The notes: generated from the sequence alone by a model not told the origin. Shown: positions 9,730-19,500, counted from the stretch's first letter. The stretch is DNA of 57,913 nt from an uncultured Armatimonadia bacterium (GCA_964617715.1 CAZTZN010000008.1:1-57913), one strand, 5' to 3'. Numbers and translations are program-made.

Positions 9730-9958
9730 GGGCGGCCTCCTGTCGGCGGGGTTGACGGGGACTTCGCCGGACGGAGGTTCGCGACCTGCGGCGCCCGGCG
9801 GCTGCCGCCCCCACCAACGCTCCGTCGCTCGCTCCGCGGGAGTCGTTGCCGTCGGTGGGGGCCCCCCTTCGCGCTGGACGCCATGCGTCGGCGCGAAGGG
9901 GGCGAGGGAGCTCAGCTACCGAGCAGTCGCCTGACCGGCCCGTCGTTCTGCCCGGCCA

Positions 9959-11392
9959 TCACGACCCCTCCGGGCGCACCAGGCGGCGCAGGCCCAGCCA
10001 CGCCAGCGCGAGGGCCCCGCCCCAGATCGGCAGGAAGACGATCACCCACGCGGCCACTGAGCCGAGACCGCGCAGCACGTGCCAGAAGCTGTGTCCCGCC
10101 GCGATGAAGGACGCGATGACGCCGACCGGCTGGGGCTCGCCCGCGTCCTGGCGCAGGGTCGCCGAAACGGTCGCGAGCGTGGTGCGCGCGTCGATCTCCC
10201 AGCTCTGATCCTGCGCCTGCGTGGTCTCCGCCTCGACCGCACCCAGGTTCTCCTCAGCGGCCACGCGCTGCTCGTCGTCGGCCATCTCGCGCACCATGTC
10301 CTCGAGCCGTTGCTCACGCTCGCGGGCGGCGGCGATCTGCCGTCGCGCCGCGACGTAGCCGGGCGTGAGGTCCTCGCCAGTGATCTCGCGATGCGCCACG
10401 AACCCGAGCGCCCCGAGCGCGTTGATGACGTTGCCGACCTCGGGCGTGGGGACCTTCATGGTCAGGCTGGCGAAGCCGCCCTCACCGTCAAGCCGCGAGC
10501 TGAGGATGAAGCCGCCGTACTCGTGGACCGCCGCCTCAGCCTGCAGCACCGCCTGGTAGAGGTTGTCCACGATCACTTCGACGGAGGCCACGTAGGCTAT
10601 CTTGAGGCGCTCGGCAATGCCGTAGCTGTGTTCCGGCGGCGCGAATCCGGTGGCCTGCAGGTCCGCCGGCGCATTGCGGCGATCGAACCACTTCACGTGC
10701 CCATCGACGAAGGCGTAGTTCGCGCCACCGTTGTGCGGGAAGACGGGCTGCCCGGTGCGATCGACCTCGTAGAGCAGCACCGTCCCCTCGTGGTTCTCGA
10801 TGTCCGCCAGGTCGCGCCCGGCCACCAGCGGGTTGATGGCGTAGTCCGGGACGTCGTCCGGCATCTGCGCCGGACAGTGGAAGATCTCCTCGTTCTGCAC
10901 ATACGGGAGGATATCGTCGTGCCAGGTCACGGCGCCGGGCAGGCGGTCGTCGTGGTCCTGGGCGAACATCTGGATGCCGAGGGCAAGCTGCTTCATGTTG
11001 CTCATGCACGCAGGCTGGCGCGCCTTTTCACGGCTCCGTGCGAAGGTCGGGAACAGAATGGCGGCGAGCACCGCCGCCATTCCGAAGGCGACCATGACTT
11101 CGATCAGGCGCTGGCCGCCGCTTACCCGTCGCTTCGCGCGGCGCTCCTGCGCCTCCGACTCCCGCGCCACGCGCACCATCACCGCGTCGGTCATGTCCTC
11201 GGCGTCATCGTCGCCGAGGTAGGCGCCGCGAAAGGCCTGCTCGTCGGCGCGCACCTGCTCCAGCCAGTCCCGGCAGCGCGCGCATTCGCGCAGGTGCAAC
11301 CGGACCAGCATGCGCTCGATCAGCCCGCACTCACCGTCGGCATACGCCGACACGCGCTCCATCCACTTCTCGCACGGCTGCGGGGCGGTCAT
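9959..11392 (-). CDS. Anti-sigma factor: zf-HC2 + prepilin-like/H-X9-DG domain + DUF4349-like domain
   Basis: HLRECARC (HxxxCxxC); LIEVMVAFGMAAVLAAILFPTFARSREKAR..CMSNMKQL; HNGGANYAFVDGHVKW; C-terminal DUF4349-like region plus TM helix; ATGA overlap with the sigma gene. Confidence 0.8.
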   Translation of the reverse strand: MTAPQPCEKWMERVSAYADGECGLIERMLVRLHLRECARCRDWLEQVRADEQAFRGAYLGDDDAEDMTDAVMVRVARESEAQERRAKRRVSGGQRLIEVMVAFGMAAVLAAILFPTFARSREKARQPACMSNMKQLALGIQMFAQDHDDRLPGAVTWHDDILPYVQNEEIFHCPAQMPDDVPDYAINPLVAGRDLADIENHEGTVLLYEVDRTGQPVFPHNGGANYAFVDGHVKWFDRRNAPADLQATGFAPPEHSYGIAERLKIAYVASVEVIVDNLYQAVLQAEAAVHEYGGFILSSRLDGEGGFASLTMKVPTPEVGNVINALGALGFVAHREITGEDLTPGYVAARRQIAAAREREQRLEDMVREMADDEQRVAAEENLGAVEAETTQAQDQSWEIDARTTLATVSATLRQDAGEPQPVGVIASFIAAGHSFWHVLRGLGSVAAWVIVFLPIWGGALALAWLGLRRLVRPEGS

Positions 11393-11916
11393 GAGCGCTC
11401 ACCTGCCTCTCCGGCCTCGGCCATCAGCTCGCGCAGGCGCTGTCGCGCCCGGCAGCAGCGCACGCGCACGTTGTTCACGGTCAGATTCATCTCGCGCGCG
11501 ATCTCGGCGTAGGACATCTCGCCGATGTAGCGCGCCGCCAGCATCTCACGGTCCTTGAGCGGAAGCATCCGCAGCAACTCGAGGGTCGGACCGCTCTCTG
11601 TCTGGGGCGGGTTGATACCGGGCAGAGGAGCGTCGTCGAGCGGGACTGTGTCGGTGTGCCGCTCGCGCAGGAAGGCGCGGCACTTGTTGCGCACGATGCC
11701 CACCAGCCAGCCGGCGAATTTCTCGGGCTCGCGCAGCGTATCCAGCGCGCGCCAGGCATCGACCAGCGCGTCCTGGGCGATGTCGCGCGCCGCCTCGCGG
11801 TCGCCGATGAGATGATGGGCCGTCGCCACCGCGGTGCGCTGGTGCCGCTGCACGAGCAGCGCGTAGGCGTCCGCGTTGCCTGCAAGCACCTGTCTCACCA
11901 CCTGGGCGTCAGTCAT
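11389..11916 (-). CDS. ECF RNA polymerase sigma-70 factor
   Basis: ARDIAQDALVDAW, FAGWLVGIVRNKC (region 2); LPLKDREMLAARYIGEMSYAEIA..VRVRCCRARQRL (region 4). Confidence 0.93.
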   Translation of the reverse strand: MTDAQVVRQVLAGNADAYALLVQRHQRTAVATAHHLIGDREAARDIAQDALVDAWRALDTLREPEKFAGWLVGIVRNKCRAFLRERHTDTVPLDDAPLPGINPPQTESGPTLELLRMLPLKDREMLAARYIGEMSYAEIAREMNLTVNNVRVRCCRARQRLRELMAEAGEAGERS

Positions 11917-12049
11917 CTGCCCTCACTGCGACTGTGTGCAGTCGCCCTGTGACCGAGGGTGTGTGTGGTCACCCGTAAAGTGTGGCGGCGCGGCGCGATC
12001 ATTACACGATTTCACACACCGGCCTGCGAAAACCTGCGGGGCAAGGCAA

Positions 12050-12076
12050 CGGGCCCGGCCGATATGGCCGGGCCCG
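12050..12076 (-). terminator. GC hairpin downstream of the lipoprotein gene, possible terminator
   Basis: Perfect 11-bp stem cgggcccggcc-gatat-ggccgggcccg; only a weak U tract. Confidence 0.5.
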
Positions 12077-12101
12077 CGCGGTGTGTCGGTGCGGTTACGC
12101 G

Positions 12102-13295
12102 CTACTTGCCGCTGTCGGCAGCCGCAGCCTGCGCCGGCGTGCCGGATGGGTTTCTGAGCAACGTGGCGTCGTCGGGGGGGACCACGCTGACGGTGCCGTC
12201 GGCGGCGACCACGACATCGAACGGTCGCCACCAGTTCGGTGGCTGAACGGGGTAGCCCTGACCGTTATCGGTCGTGAAGGTATGCGGCCCGAAAATGCGT
12301 ACCACGGAGTTCGCCGCCAGCCCGCCGGTCACCACACGTACGGTGACGCGGTACACGCTGTCCTCGTCGAGATCATAGCTGTTGATCGCGACATGGAAGC
12401 GGCCGGGCACGAGTGTGTGATTGGTGAAGTTCTCGGGGCCGAAACCCTCGGTATCATCGACATCCAGGCGCCCGGCATTGATGGTCATGTTCCAGTAGGC
12501 CGAGTGCTCCTCATCGGGTGCGGGCGACCACACGTGCAGGTCGGGGTCGCTGGTCGGCGTGTCCCAACTCAGGGTCACGCGGAAGTAAAAGTCGGAGCCC
12601 GCCGGCGGCGTCCAGTCCACACTGATCGGGTCGCTGATCACCGTGCAGGCCGCGTTCGACACCAGCACGCGGAAGACGTTCGTCCCGGGGTGCAGGAACG
12701 CGAGGTAGTCGAAGCTGCGCGCCCCCGCGACGACCGCCTCGGGCTGCATGTCGGTGAGGCCGGTCAGGGCCGGGTTGCCGTCCTGGAAGACGACCACGGT
12801 GTCGGCGTCGGTATTGGTCACCGTCCCGGTGATGTGGACCGTCCCGCCCGCGTCATCGACCGTCCCCGCAGCGGCCGTGATGACCGAACACTCCGAGGGG
12901 TTGATCTCGGTCCGCTCGTCCATCACGACGTCCTCAGTCTGGTTCTCGCCGGTGACGTTGATGATCCTGTACTCGGTGGCGTACCCGGCTGCCGCCACGG
13001 TCATGGCGTAGGTGCCCGCCGGCAGGCCGGAGACACAGAAACGACCGTTCTCGTCGGTCGCAATGCGTTCGGATGCCTCGGTGCCCTCCTGCAGGCCGAT
13101 GTAGACCTGCGCACCGGCGATGGGCACGTCCTCGCTGTTCGTCACGGTCCCGCAGAGCTGCCCTGCGAGTATTTCGCCGTTGGGTGAGGGCAGCGTAGGC
13201 CCGAAGCCGCCACTGCAGCCCGCCAGTATCACCAGGCCCGCAAGGACGGCAATCGCGGCGACTTTCATTGGTGTGCCTGTCGGTTGGTCCATCAT
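12102..13295 (-). CDS. Lipoprotein with carboxypeptidase-regulatory-like and YfaP/DUF2135-like domains
   Basis: Lipobox LAGC; PIAGAQV..TDENGRF..GLPAGTY; VTLSWD..DPDLHV..GRLDVDDTEGFGPENF. Confidence 0.75.
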   Translation of the reverse strand: MMDQPTGTPMKVAAIAVLAGLVILAGCSGGFGPTLPSPNGEILAGQLCGTVTNSEDVPIAGAQVYIGLQEGTEASERIATDENGRFCVSGLPAGTYAMTVAAAGYATEYRIINVTGENQTEDVVMDERTEINPSECSVITAAAGTVDDAGGTVHITGTVTNTDADTVVVFQDGNPALTGLTDMQPEAVVAGARSFDYLAFLHPGTNVFRVLVSNAACTVISDPISVDWTPPAGSDFYFRVTLSWDTPTSDPDLHVWSPAPDEEHSAYWNMTINAGRLDVDDTEGFGPENFTNHTLVPGRFHVAINSYDLDEDSVYRVTVRVVTGGLAANSVVRIFGPHTFTTDNGQGYPVQPPNWWRPFDVVVAADGTVSVVPPDDATLLRNPSGTPAQAAAADSGK

Positions 13296-13322
13296 GCTCC
13301 CTCCTTGGATGGGCTTGGTGTG

Positions 13323-14165
13323 CTACCAGGTACCGCTGATGGCCACCCCCGCCCCGATCGACTGGTCGGGCGTGGCGATGGAAGAGGTCGCAGGTGTCGG
13401 GCCCGCAGCGTTGGTGGCGAACACGTCAACCACCCAGTTGCCTGATCCGCCGATCATGTGGCTGATTCCCGCGGACCACACGACATCCTCAGTGACCTCG
13501 TTGGTGACGTCATCGATGCTGTTGGTGCCCGACAACGGATAGGCCGCGTCGGCCACCGCATCGGTCCGCGCGCTCAGAGGCGTACGCACGCCCGCGCCGA
13601 TCATGAACACCTCGCCCCAGCCCTCGATGGTGCCGCCCCCGGTAACCGACAGCGGATCGTCGAACCAGATGTACTTCGGCTCGACAACAACCCGGCTGTC
13701 GCCCATGAGCCTGAACTCGATGGGCACCGACACCACGGGGACAGGTCCACTGCCCAGCGCGGCGGACGTGGTGCTCAGGTTAGTCCCACGCGAGCTGCCC
13801 AGCGGCAGGTCCGCGCCGGCGCGGATCGCTACTGCCGGGCCATCATCGTGGACCAGCCACTTGAGGTCAATCACGACCGCCTCGTAGTCCGACTGGCGCA
13901 TGGCGCCGCCAATAGGGTCCTCGCCGGTCGTCTCCCAGTCGAAGTAGCCGAACATCCCGTCCGCGCGCTCGCCGTTGGCTCCGCGGAAGAACACCCCCCA
14001 GGTCTGGTTGCTCTCCTGGAAGAAGCGGCCTTCGGCCCGGTATGCATCACCGCCCTGCCACGGCATGGCCGACGGCAGGTTCGGCGTTCCCATCTGCGCC
14101 CAGCCCGCTACGGCATTCAAGGCCAGTACCGCGATCACCACCATCACTACCAAGGTGCGTTGCAT
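13323..14165 (-). CDS. Hypothetical exported protein, probable outer-membrane beta-barrel
   Basis: Signal peptide ending AGWA; alternating beta-strand patterns; C-terminus AGVAISGTW. Confidence 0.55.
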   Translation of the reverse strand: MQRTLVVMVVIAVLALNAVAGWAQMGTPNLPSAMPWQGGDAYRAEGRFFQESNQTWGVFFRGANGERADGMFGYFDWETTGEDPIGGAMRQSDYEAVVIDLKWLVHDDGPAVAIRAGADLPLGSSRGTNLSTTSAALGSGPVPVVSVPIEFRLMGDSRVVVEPKYIWFDDPLSVTGGGTIEGWGEVFMIGAGVRTPLSARTDAVADAAYPLSGTNSIDDVTNEVTEDVVWSAGISHMIGGSGNWVVDVFATNAAGPTPATSSIATPDQSIGAGVAISGTW

Positions 14166-14260
14166 GCTTCCTGCCTCCCTCGGGGCGCGTCTGCCCACCT
14201 CCGCTGCGTTCGCGCGGCACTTCCGTGCCGTGGTACGAGTGTGGCCCGACTGGGTGCTCA

Positions 14261-14830
14261 TCATCGTGATCGGCGCGCCGCCTCTCGTGCCGGCGCGCAA
14301 CCACACCACGTCTGACGGTAGATCCCCCATCGTCGACTGAGTTCCACGCTCCGGCGGAAACCATCGCGCTGCTTGAAATCTTCCGCCATGAACGTCATTC
14401 GATGGCTCCGGCAAAGCCCCTGCCCTATCACATGAATCCGCTCTGCCGACTTGTGTGGACTGATGGTCAGCGTGGTCGCGAGCACGTCGCTTCCGTTCTC
14501 GTCTGCCCACTGTGCGACGCGCTCAAGCCGCAGGCGAAAACACACATCACAACGCGCGCCCCCCTCGGGTTCGTCCATGAGCCCCCGGCACGCCTCAGCC
14601 CACGCGCGCGGCTTATACTCCAACTCGACCAGCGGGACCCCCGACAGCCGGGCTACCCGCCGCATCCCCTCCAGGCGCCGGTCATGCTCCTCGGCCGGAT
14701 CGATGTTCGGGTTGTACCAGACCGCAGTCACCTCGTACCGCTTGGCCAATCGCTCGATGACCGCACTCGCGCACGGTCCGCAGCACACGTGCAACGCCAG
14801 GCGCGGACGATCGGCCGCCGCGTCGCTCAC
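14261..14830 (-). CDS. queH: Epoxyqueuosine reductase QueH (DUF208)
   Basis: LHVCCGPC, YNPNI, EPEGGARCDVCFRLRL, TTLTISPHK, YRQTWCGC. Confidence 0.93.
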   Translation of the reverse strand: MSDAAADRPRLALHVCCGPCASAVIERLAKRYEVTAVWYNPNIDPAEEHDRRLEGMRRVARLSGVPLVELEYKPRAWAEACRGLMDEPEGGARCDVCFRLRLERVAQWADENGSDVLATTLTISPHKSAERIHVIGQGLCRSHRMTFMAEDFKQRDGFRRSVELSRRWGIYRQTWCGCAPAREAARRSR

Positions 14831-15912
14831 GCGGGGGTCACCCGCCCATCGTGATCGATGCTCGCGACTCGCTCGATGCCATCGTAGGCGACGGCGCGCA
14901 GCCAGGCGGTGCGTTGCTCGCCCGGCTCCATGACGAGTTGTGTTCCGGCCTCGATGGCGTTACTGAGGATCGCCGGATAGCTGCTGAACGGCTCGAGCGC
15001 GAGCGTGTAGTGCCGGCCGAAGCTCGGGCCACCCCAGGAGCCGCCCAGCGGCATCCACAACCAGATGTGCCGGAAGGTCGCCAGGTCGAAGGAGATGCCG
15101 AAGCCCACCCGGCTCTGCTGGCTCGTGACCGCCCACCAGCCGTCCTCGAGGTCGGTGAGGTAGAGCATGTCATTGATACGCGAGTCCGGGCCCTCGACCA
15201 CGCTCACATCCACCGGTGAGCCGTCGCGGCCGATGCCCACCGGCCACTCGAAACGCTGGTCCGGATTGAAGCGGCACTGCTCGACCACGTTGGCGTCCAC
15301 CACCACGGTGCGGGCGGCGCAGTCGATCCGGCAGTCCTGCTCGATGAAGCGCTGGCCCAGGGCGGGGTGATGGCCCCACATCAGGTCCATCGGTTCCTGG
15401 CCCTCATTGGTGAGCGTCTCGTCGATCTCCAGCACACCTGAGCCGGTGCGCAGCGTGAAGGTCTTCTCAAGCAGGAAGGGCGTGCGGTTGGTGCGCACCC
15501 ACGTCCTGGCCGACACGACCTCGGGGTCATCCTGCACGATCCGGCAGCGCCACGGCACGCCCCAGACCTCGCCGTGCAGCCCCATCACAACTCCCTTGTA
15601 GGTGCATACCCGCCCGCCGTTGGGCAGGCACTCCTGCCAGCCGCCCTCGTAGAAGTCGCCGAAGGGGCCCACGCCCGGGGCGATCATGTCGAGCGCCTTT
15701 TCGGGGTTGCGCACCCCGCGCGGGGTGCGCCACATGAAGTCGGTGTCCGACGGCTCGTGGAGGAATTCGTAGATATCGGTGCCCTTGTCGAGGAGGATGG
15801 TGACACGAACCAGCTCGTTCTCCATCACCAGCAGCCGCATGCCCCGGTAGGTGAACTCATCGCTGATGCGGCAGCCCCAGTTGCGCTCGTGAGTGTAGTG
15901 CGAAAACTGCAT
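14827..15912 (-). CDS. Aldose 1-epimerase / galactose mutarotase-like protein (DUF4432-like)
   Basis: GGWQECLPNGG, LHGEVWGVPW, MWGHHPALG, LALEPFSS. Confidence 0.75.
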   Translation of the reverse strand: MQFSHYTHERNWGCRISDEFTYRGMRLLVMENELVRVTILLDKGTDIYEFLHEPSDTDFMWRTPRGVRNPEKALDMIAPGVGPFGDFYEGGWQECLPNGGRVCTYKGVVMGLHGEVWGVPWRCRIVQDDPEVVSARTWVRTNRTPFLLEKTFTLRTGSGVLEIDETLTNEGQEPMDLMWGHHPALGQRFIEQDCRIDCAARTVVVDANVVEQCRFNPDQRFEWPVGIGRDGSPVDVSVVEGPDSRINDMLYLTDLEDGWWAVTSQQSRVGFGISFDLATFRHIWLWMPLGGSWGGPSFGRHYTLALEPFSSYPAILSNAIEAGTQLVMEPGEQRTAWLRAVAYDGIERVASIDHDGRVTPA

Positions 15913-16074
15913 CGTTGGCCTCACCTCGTCGCCCATGAAGCAGAGCACCTTGTAGATAATGCGCGAGATCGCAGGCGCGGTCAAGAGCGAACACATGATA
16001 GCTGGAGAGGCCCGCCGGCTTGATCCGGCGAAGTTTACAGTGGTCAACATACTGCTGTCGGGGAGTGACGCCTC

Positions 16075-18687
16075 GTGCGCTGCGCCTGTGTTCTCCTGGT
16101 GGTGACAGCCATGGCCGCGACCGCTGGGCCCATCGTCATCGACACCGAGTTTGTTCGCCTGCAAATCGGGGAGGACGCGCGCCTGGTGTCACTCACCGCT
16201 CCCGGCTCGGAGGAGGAACTGGGTCGGCCGGGCGAAGCCGTGGCCTTCGCGAAGATCGGTGAGAGTACCGTCGCCGCGACTGCGGCCATCGCCGACGGGG
16301 CCTCCGCCACACTTGTCTTCGGAGACACCGGGGTGAGCGCGCGGCTGTCCTGGGGCGACGAGGGCGGGCTGGCGGTCATCAACCTCGACGCGGTCACCGG
16401 TGACCCCGAGCGTGTGGACTTCCTGTCACTGCCCATCGTGCGGGGCGCCAGCGCACTGGCCTACCACCATGCCATGCGCACGCCCGAGGGCGGCGCGGTC
16501 GCCATGATCCCCGCCCGACAGGAGTGCTGGATCCATGGCGGCTCGGGGCGGCTCATCGCCAGCGTCGCCCGCGAGGTCTCACTCGGGCCGGTGCGCATGG
16601 CGCTGATGGCCGGCTCCGCGGATGACATAGCCGACCGCATGCAGCAGGCCGAGGAGTTGTTCGGGATTCCGTTGGGCATCCGGGCCAAGCGCTCGGACGC
16701 GGCGCGCGGCAGCTATCTGATGATCAGCGGGGTCTCGGCCGACAACGCCGACCAGGTGATCGACTGGGCGCAGGCCGGCGGCTTCGGCTCGATCCTGCTG
16801 CTCCACGGCACCTGGGGGCACTTCGGCCATCACTACGCGGTGCCGGAGAGCCTGTGGCCGGGCGGCGCCACACAACTGCACGAGGTGGTCGAGCGCGCGC
16901 ACCAGGCCGGGCTGCTGGTGGGAGCGCACATGTTCTCGTCCAAGGTGCCCAAGCGCAACGCGTGGATCGACGAGGGCGTCGTGGACAAATTCTGGGAGGA
17001 CACTTCGCTGACTCTCGCGGAGCCCCTGAGCGCCGACGCCGACCGACTGGTGACCACCGAGCCGCCTGCGCGGTGGCCGGTGACTACCGGGACCCGCGAC
17101 ATCCGCATCAATGGCGAGCTGATGACCTACACGGAGCTGTCGCTGGAGGAGCCGTTCGGTTTCACCGGGCTGGCCCGCGGCGCCTACGGCACATCGCCGG
17201 CGGCGCACCAGGCCGGCGCCCAGGTGGCGCACGTGCTCACCGACGAATCGCGCGGCATTTTCATCATCAACCAGAACACCGACCTGCTCGGCCTGCACAC
17301 AGCCGACATCGCCCGGACGTATAACGCCGCCGACTTCGACTGGATCTACTTCGACGGCGCGGAGGACGTGCACAACCCGCGCTGGTTTACCACCTCCAAC
17401 GCCCAAATGGCGGTCATCGAGAAGCTCGAGCGCGAGCCGGCGATCGTGCAGATGGCGGCGGGCGGCCCGTTCTCGTGGCACCTGGCCACGCGCACCGGCC
17501 AGCGCGATTACTTCTGGGTGTCGATGAGTTACAAGGACGAGATCGACGACGCCGTCGCGCGCTCGTGGCCGCGCGCGCAGAACGCGATGGCGGTCGCCGA
17601 CCTGGGCTGGTTCCCACTGCGCCCGCCCGCCGAGCACGTGCGCGGGACGCAGATCGACGACGTCGAGTACCTGTGCGCCCGAGCGCTGGCAACCGATTCC
17701 GCCTACTCGATCCTCACCAGTGTGCGGCGCATGGCGGAGGTGCCCACCCTCGACGCCATGCTCTACATCATGAGCCGCTACGAGCACCACAAGTTCGCCG
17801 GGACCTTCGACGAAGACGTCAAGCAGCGCCTGCGCACCCCGCGCCAGGACTTCATGCTCATCGAGCGCCCCGACGCTGAGCCGCGCATCGTGCCCGCGCG
17901 GGAGATGCCCTACGTGGGCGGAACGAGTCACCTGGTGCGCGCCATGGTTGCGCAGCCCATCGACGGCGTCACCACCATCGCTCTCGACCCCGTGGGCCTG
18001 CCCGCGAGCCTCGAGTTCTCGCTCGACCCGCGCAGGCTCGAGTTCACCGACTACAAAGGTGACCCCTGCGAGGTCGAGGTGCTGCCCGGCGCGCGCGTCC
18101 GCGTTCCGGTCACCACGCGCGTGCTCATGCACTGCACCGGCATCTCCACCGGCGAGATCCGCATGGCCCTGCGCCGCGCACGCGATGAGGCCATCAAGCC
18201 CGAGATGGTCTTCATTGACGCCGGACAGCCCGCCCGTATCGAGGGCAACTTCACCACCACAGCGGTGGCCAACCTCGACTTCGACTGTGCGATCGCGGGC
18301 GCCCTGGTGCCCTCGGGCCGTTTCAACCCGCAGACCGGCGCCGATACCTGGGCCGAGTATGAGGTCGATCTGCCCGAGGCCGGCCGCTGGTACCTGTGGA
18401 TTCGCGCGCGCTACGTGGACACCAACTCAAACAGTTTCTTCCTCTGGGACCCTGAACATCCGGACAAACCGATCCGGCTGGGCAATCGCATCGGCACCTA
18501 CCACGAATGGCTATGGGAGGGGCCGGTGGCGCTGGAACTCCCCGCCGGGCGCAACGTCCTGCGTATCAGCGGCCGCGAGAGCCGACCGTTGGAGAGCCCG
18601 GTGCTGGATGTGATCGGGCTGGTGCGCGAGTACGGGCACTACGTCCCGACCGATGGCGACGCGCGCCGGGCGTTGCTCGCGCGGTAG
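16075..18687 (+). CDS. Large secreted hypothetical protein, putative glycoside hydrolase TIM barrel with C-terminal carbohydrate-binding-like domain
   Basis: Signal peptide; HQAGLLVGAH and FDWIYFDGAE GH-like motifs; C-terminal GRWYLWIRAR..NSFF..LPAGRNVLRISGRE. Confidence 0.6.
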   Translation: MRCACVLLVVTAMAATAGPIVIDTEFVRLQIGEDARLVSLTAPGSEEELGRPGEAVAFAKIGESTVAATAAIADGASATLVFGDTGVSARLSWGDEGGLAVINLDAVTGDPERVDFLSLPIVRGASALAYHHAMRTPEGGAVAMIPARQECWIHGGSGRLIASVAREVSLGPVRMALMAGSADDIADRMQQAEELFGIPLGIRAKRSDAARGSYLMISGVSADNADQVIDWAQAGGFGSILLLHGTWGHFGHHYAVPESLWPGGATQLHEVVERAHQAGLLVGAHMFSSKVPKRNAWIDEGVVDKFWEDTSLTLAEPLSADADRLVTTEPPARWPVTTGTRDIRINGELMTYTELSLEEPFGFTGLARGAYGTSPAAHQAGAQVAHVLTDESRGIFIINQNTDLLGLHTADIARTYNAADFDWIYFDGAEDVHNPRWFTTSNAQMAVIEKLEREPAIVQMAAGGPFSWHLATRTGQRDYFWVSMSYKDEIDDAVARSWPRAQNAMAVADLGWFPLRPPAEHVRGTQIDDVEYLCARALATDSAYSILTSVRRMAEVPTLDAMLYIMSRYEHHKFAGTFDEDVKQRLRTPRQDFMLIERPDAEPRIVPAREMPYVGGTSHLVRAMVAQPIDGVTTIALDPVGLPASLEFSLDPRRLEFTDYKGDPCEVEVLPGARVRVPVTTRVLMHCTGISTGEIRMALRRARDEAIKPEMVFIDAGQPARIEGNFTTTAVANLDFDCAIAGALVPSGRFNPQTGADTWAEYEVDLPEAGRWYLWIRARYVDTNSNSFFLWDPEHPDKPIRLGNRIGTYHEWLWEGPVALELPAGRNVLRISGRESRPLESPVLDVIGLVREYGHYVPTDGDARRALLAR

Positions 18688-18769
18688 CCGGTCGGGAACA
18701 TCGGAGGTAGCAGGTCGGTCTAACCGCCAGAGCGCGCCACTCACACACAACGCAGATGGGATGACGCGG

Positions 18770-19423
18770 ATGCGAAGCAAGGCTGTCATACTGATCATCG
18801 CCCTCAGTGGCGGCCTGATCCTCGCCGCCGGATGCGGCGGAGGCGGCGGCAACGCCGGCTCGAACAGCTATCTGCCGCTCACGCTCGGCAACACCTGGAG
18901 CTACACGATGACGCTTGCGCCGGGTCTGGTCCCCGCCCAGATCGCGGGGGGCACCGAGTTCCCCTACAGCGAGACTGTGGTCGGCATCGCCGACCTCCAG
19001 GGCACGCAGTATGCCGCCGTGCTGTCGCGGCGTGAGGCCGTTGATCCCTATCCCGAGCGCTCCTGGCAGCAGTTCCGGCGCGAGGACGCCGAAGCCATCT
19101 ACGCGCGTGTGGGTGACCCGGGCTACGATCTGCCCATCTTGATGCTCCCGCCCACCGTAGGCGAGACGTGGAGCGATCCGACCTTCGCGGGGGTGACCTA
19201 CACTACCGTATCCACCACCGAACGCGTCACCGTCCCCGCCGGGACCTTCACCTGCGTGCGCGTCGAGCAGGAGTACGATACCGTGGTGGAGGGAAGCGAG
19301 GACACGGTGCACGTCACGGTGCGCAGTTGGTATGCGCGCGGGGTCGGCCTGGTACGCGACGAGACCCTCGAAGACGACACGGTGACCTCGACGCTCGTAC
19401 TGGAGAATTACGAAGTGGAGTAA
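18770..19423 (+). CDS. Hypothetical lipoprotein
   Basis: Lipobox AAGC; YLPLTLGNTWSY, VTVPAGTFTC, WYARGVGLVR motifs typical of a common beta-rich lipoprotein family. Confidence 0.75.
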   Translation: MRSKAVILIIALSGGLILAAGCGGGGGNAGSNSYLPLTLGNTWSYTMTLAPGLVPAQIAGGTEFPYSETVVGIADLQGTQYAAVLSRREAVDPYPERSWQQFRREDAEAIYARVGDPGYDLPILMLPPTVGETWSDPTFAGVTYTTVSTTERVTVPAGTFTCVRVEQEYDTVVEGSEDTVHVTVRSWYARGVGLVRDETLEDDTVTSTLVLENYEVE

Positions 19424-19437
19424 AGCACGCGATAATG

Positions 19438-19500
19438 TGGTAGAATAGCAATAGGAGTTGCCGATAGCGCCGGAAATTGACGTCTGACAACATATTGTCC
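19438..19500 (+). promoter_or_regulatory. Extended -10 promoter plus palindromic operator-like site
   Basis: TG-g-TAGAAT (19438-19446) in an AT-rich patch; GACAA-cata-TTGTC (19486-19499). Confidence 0.45.
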
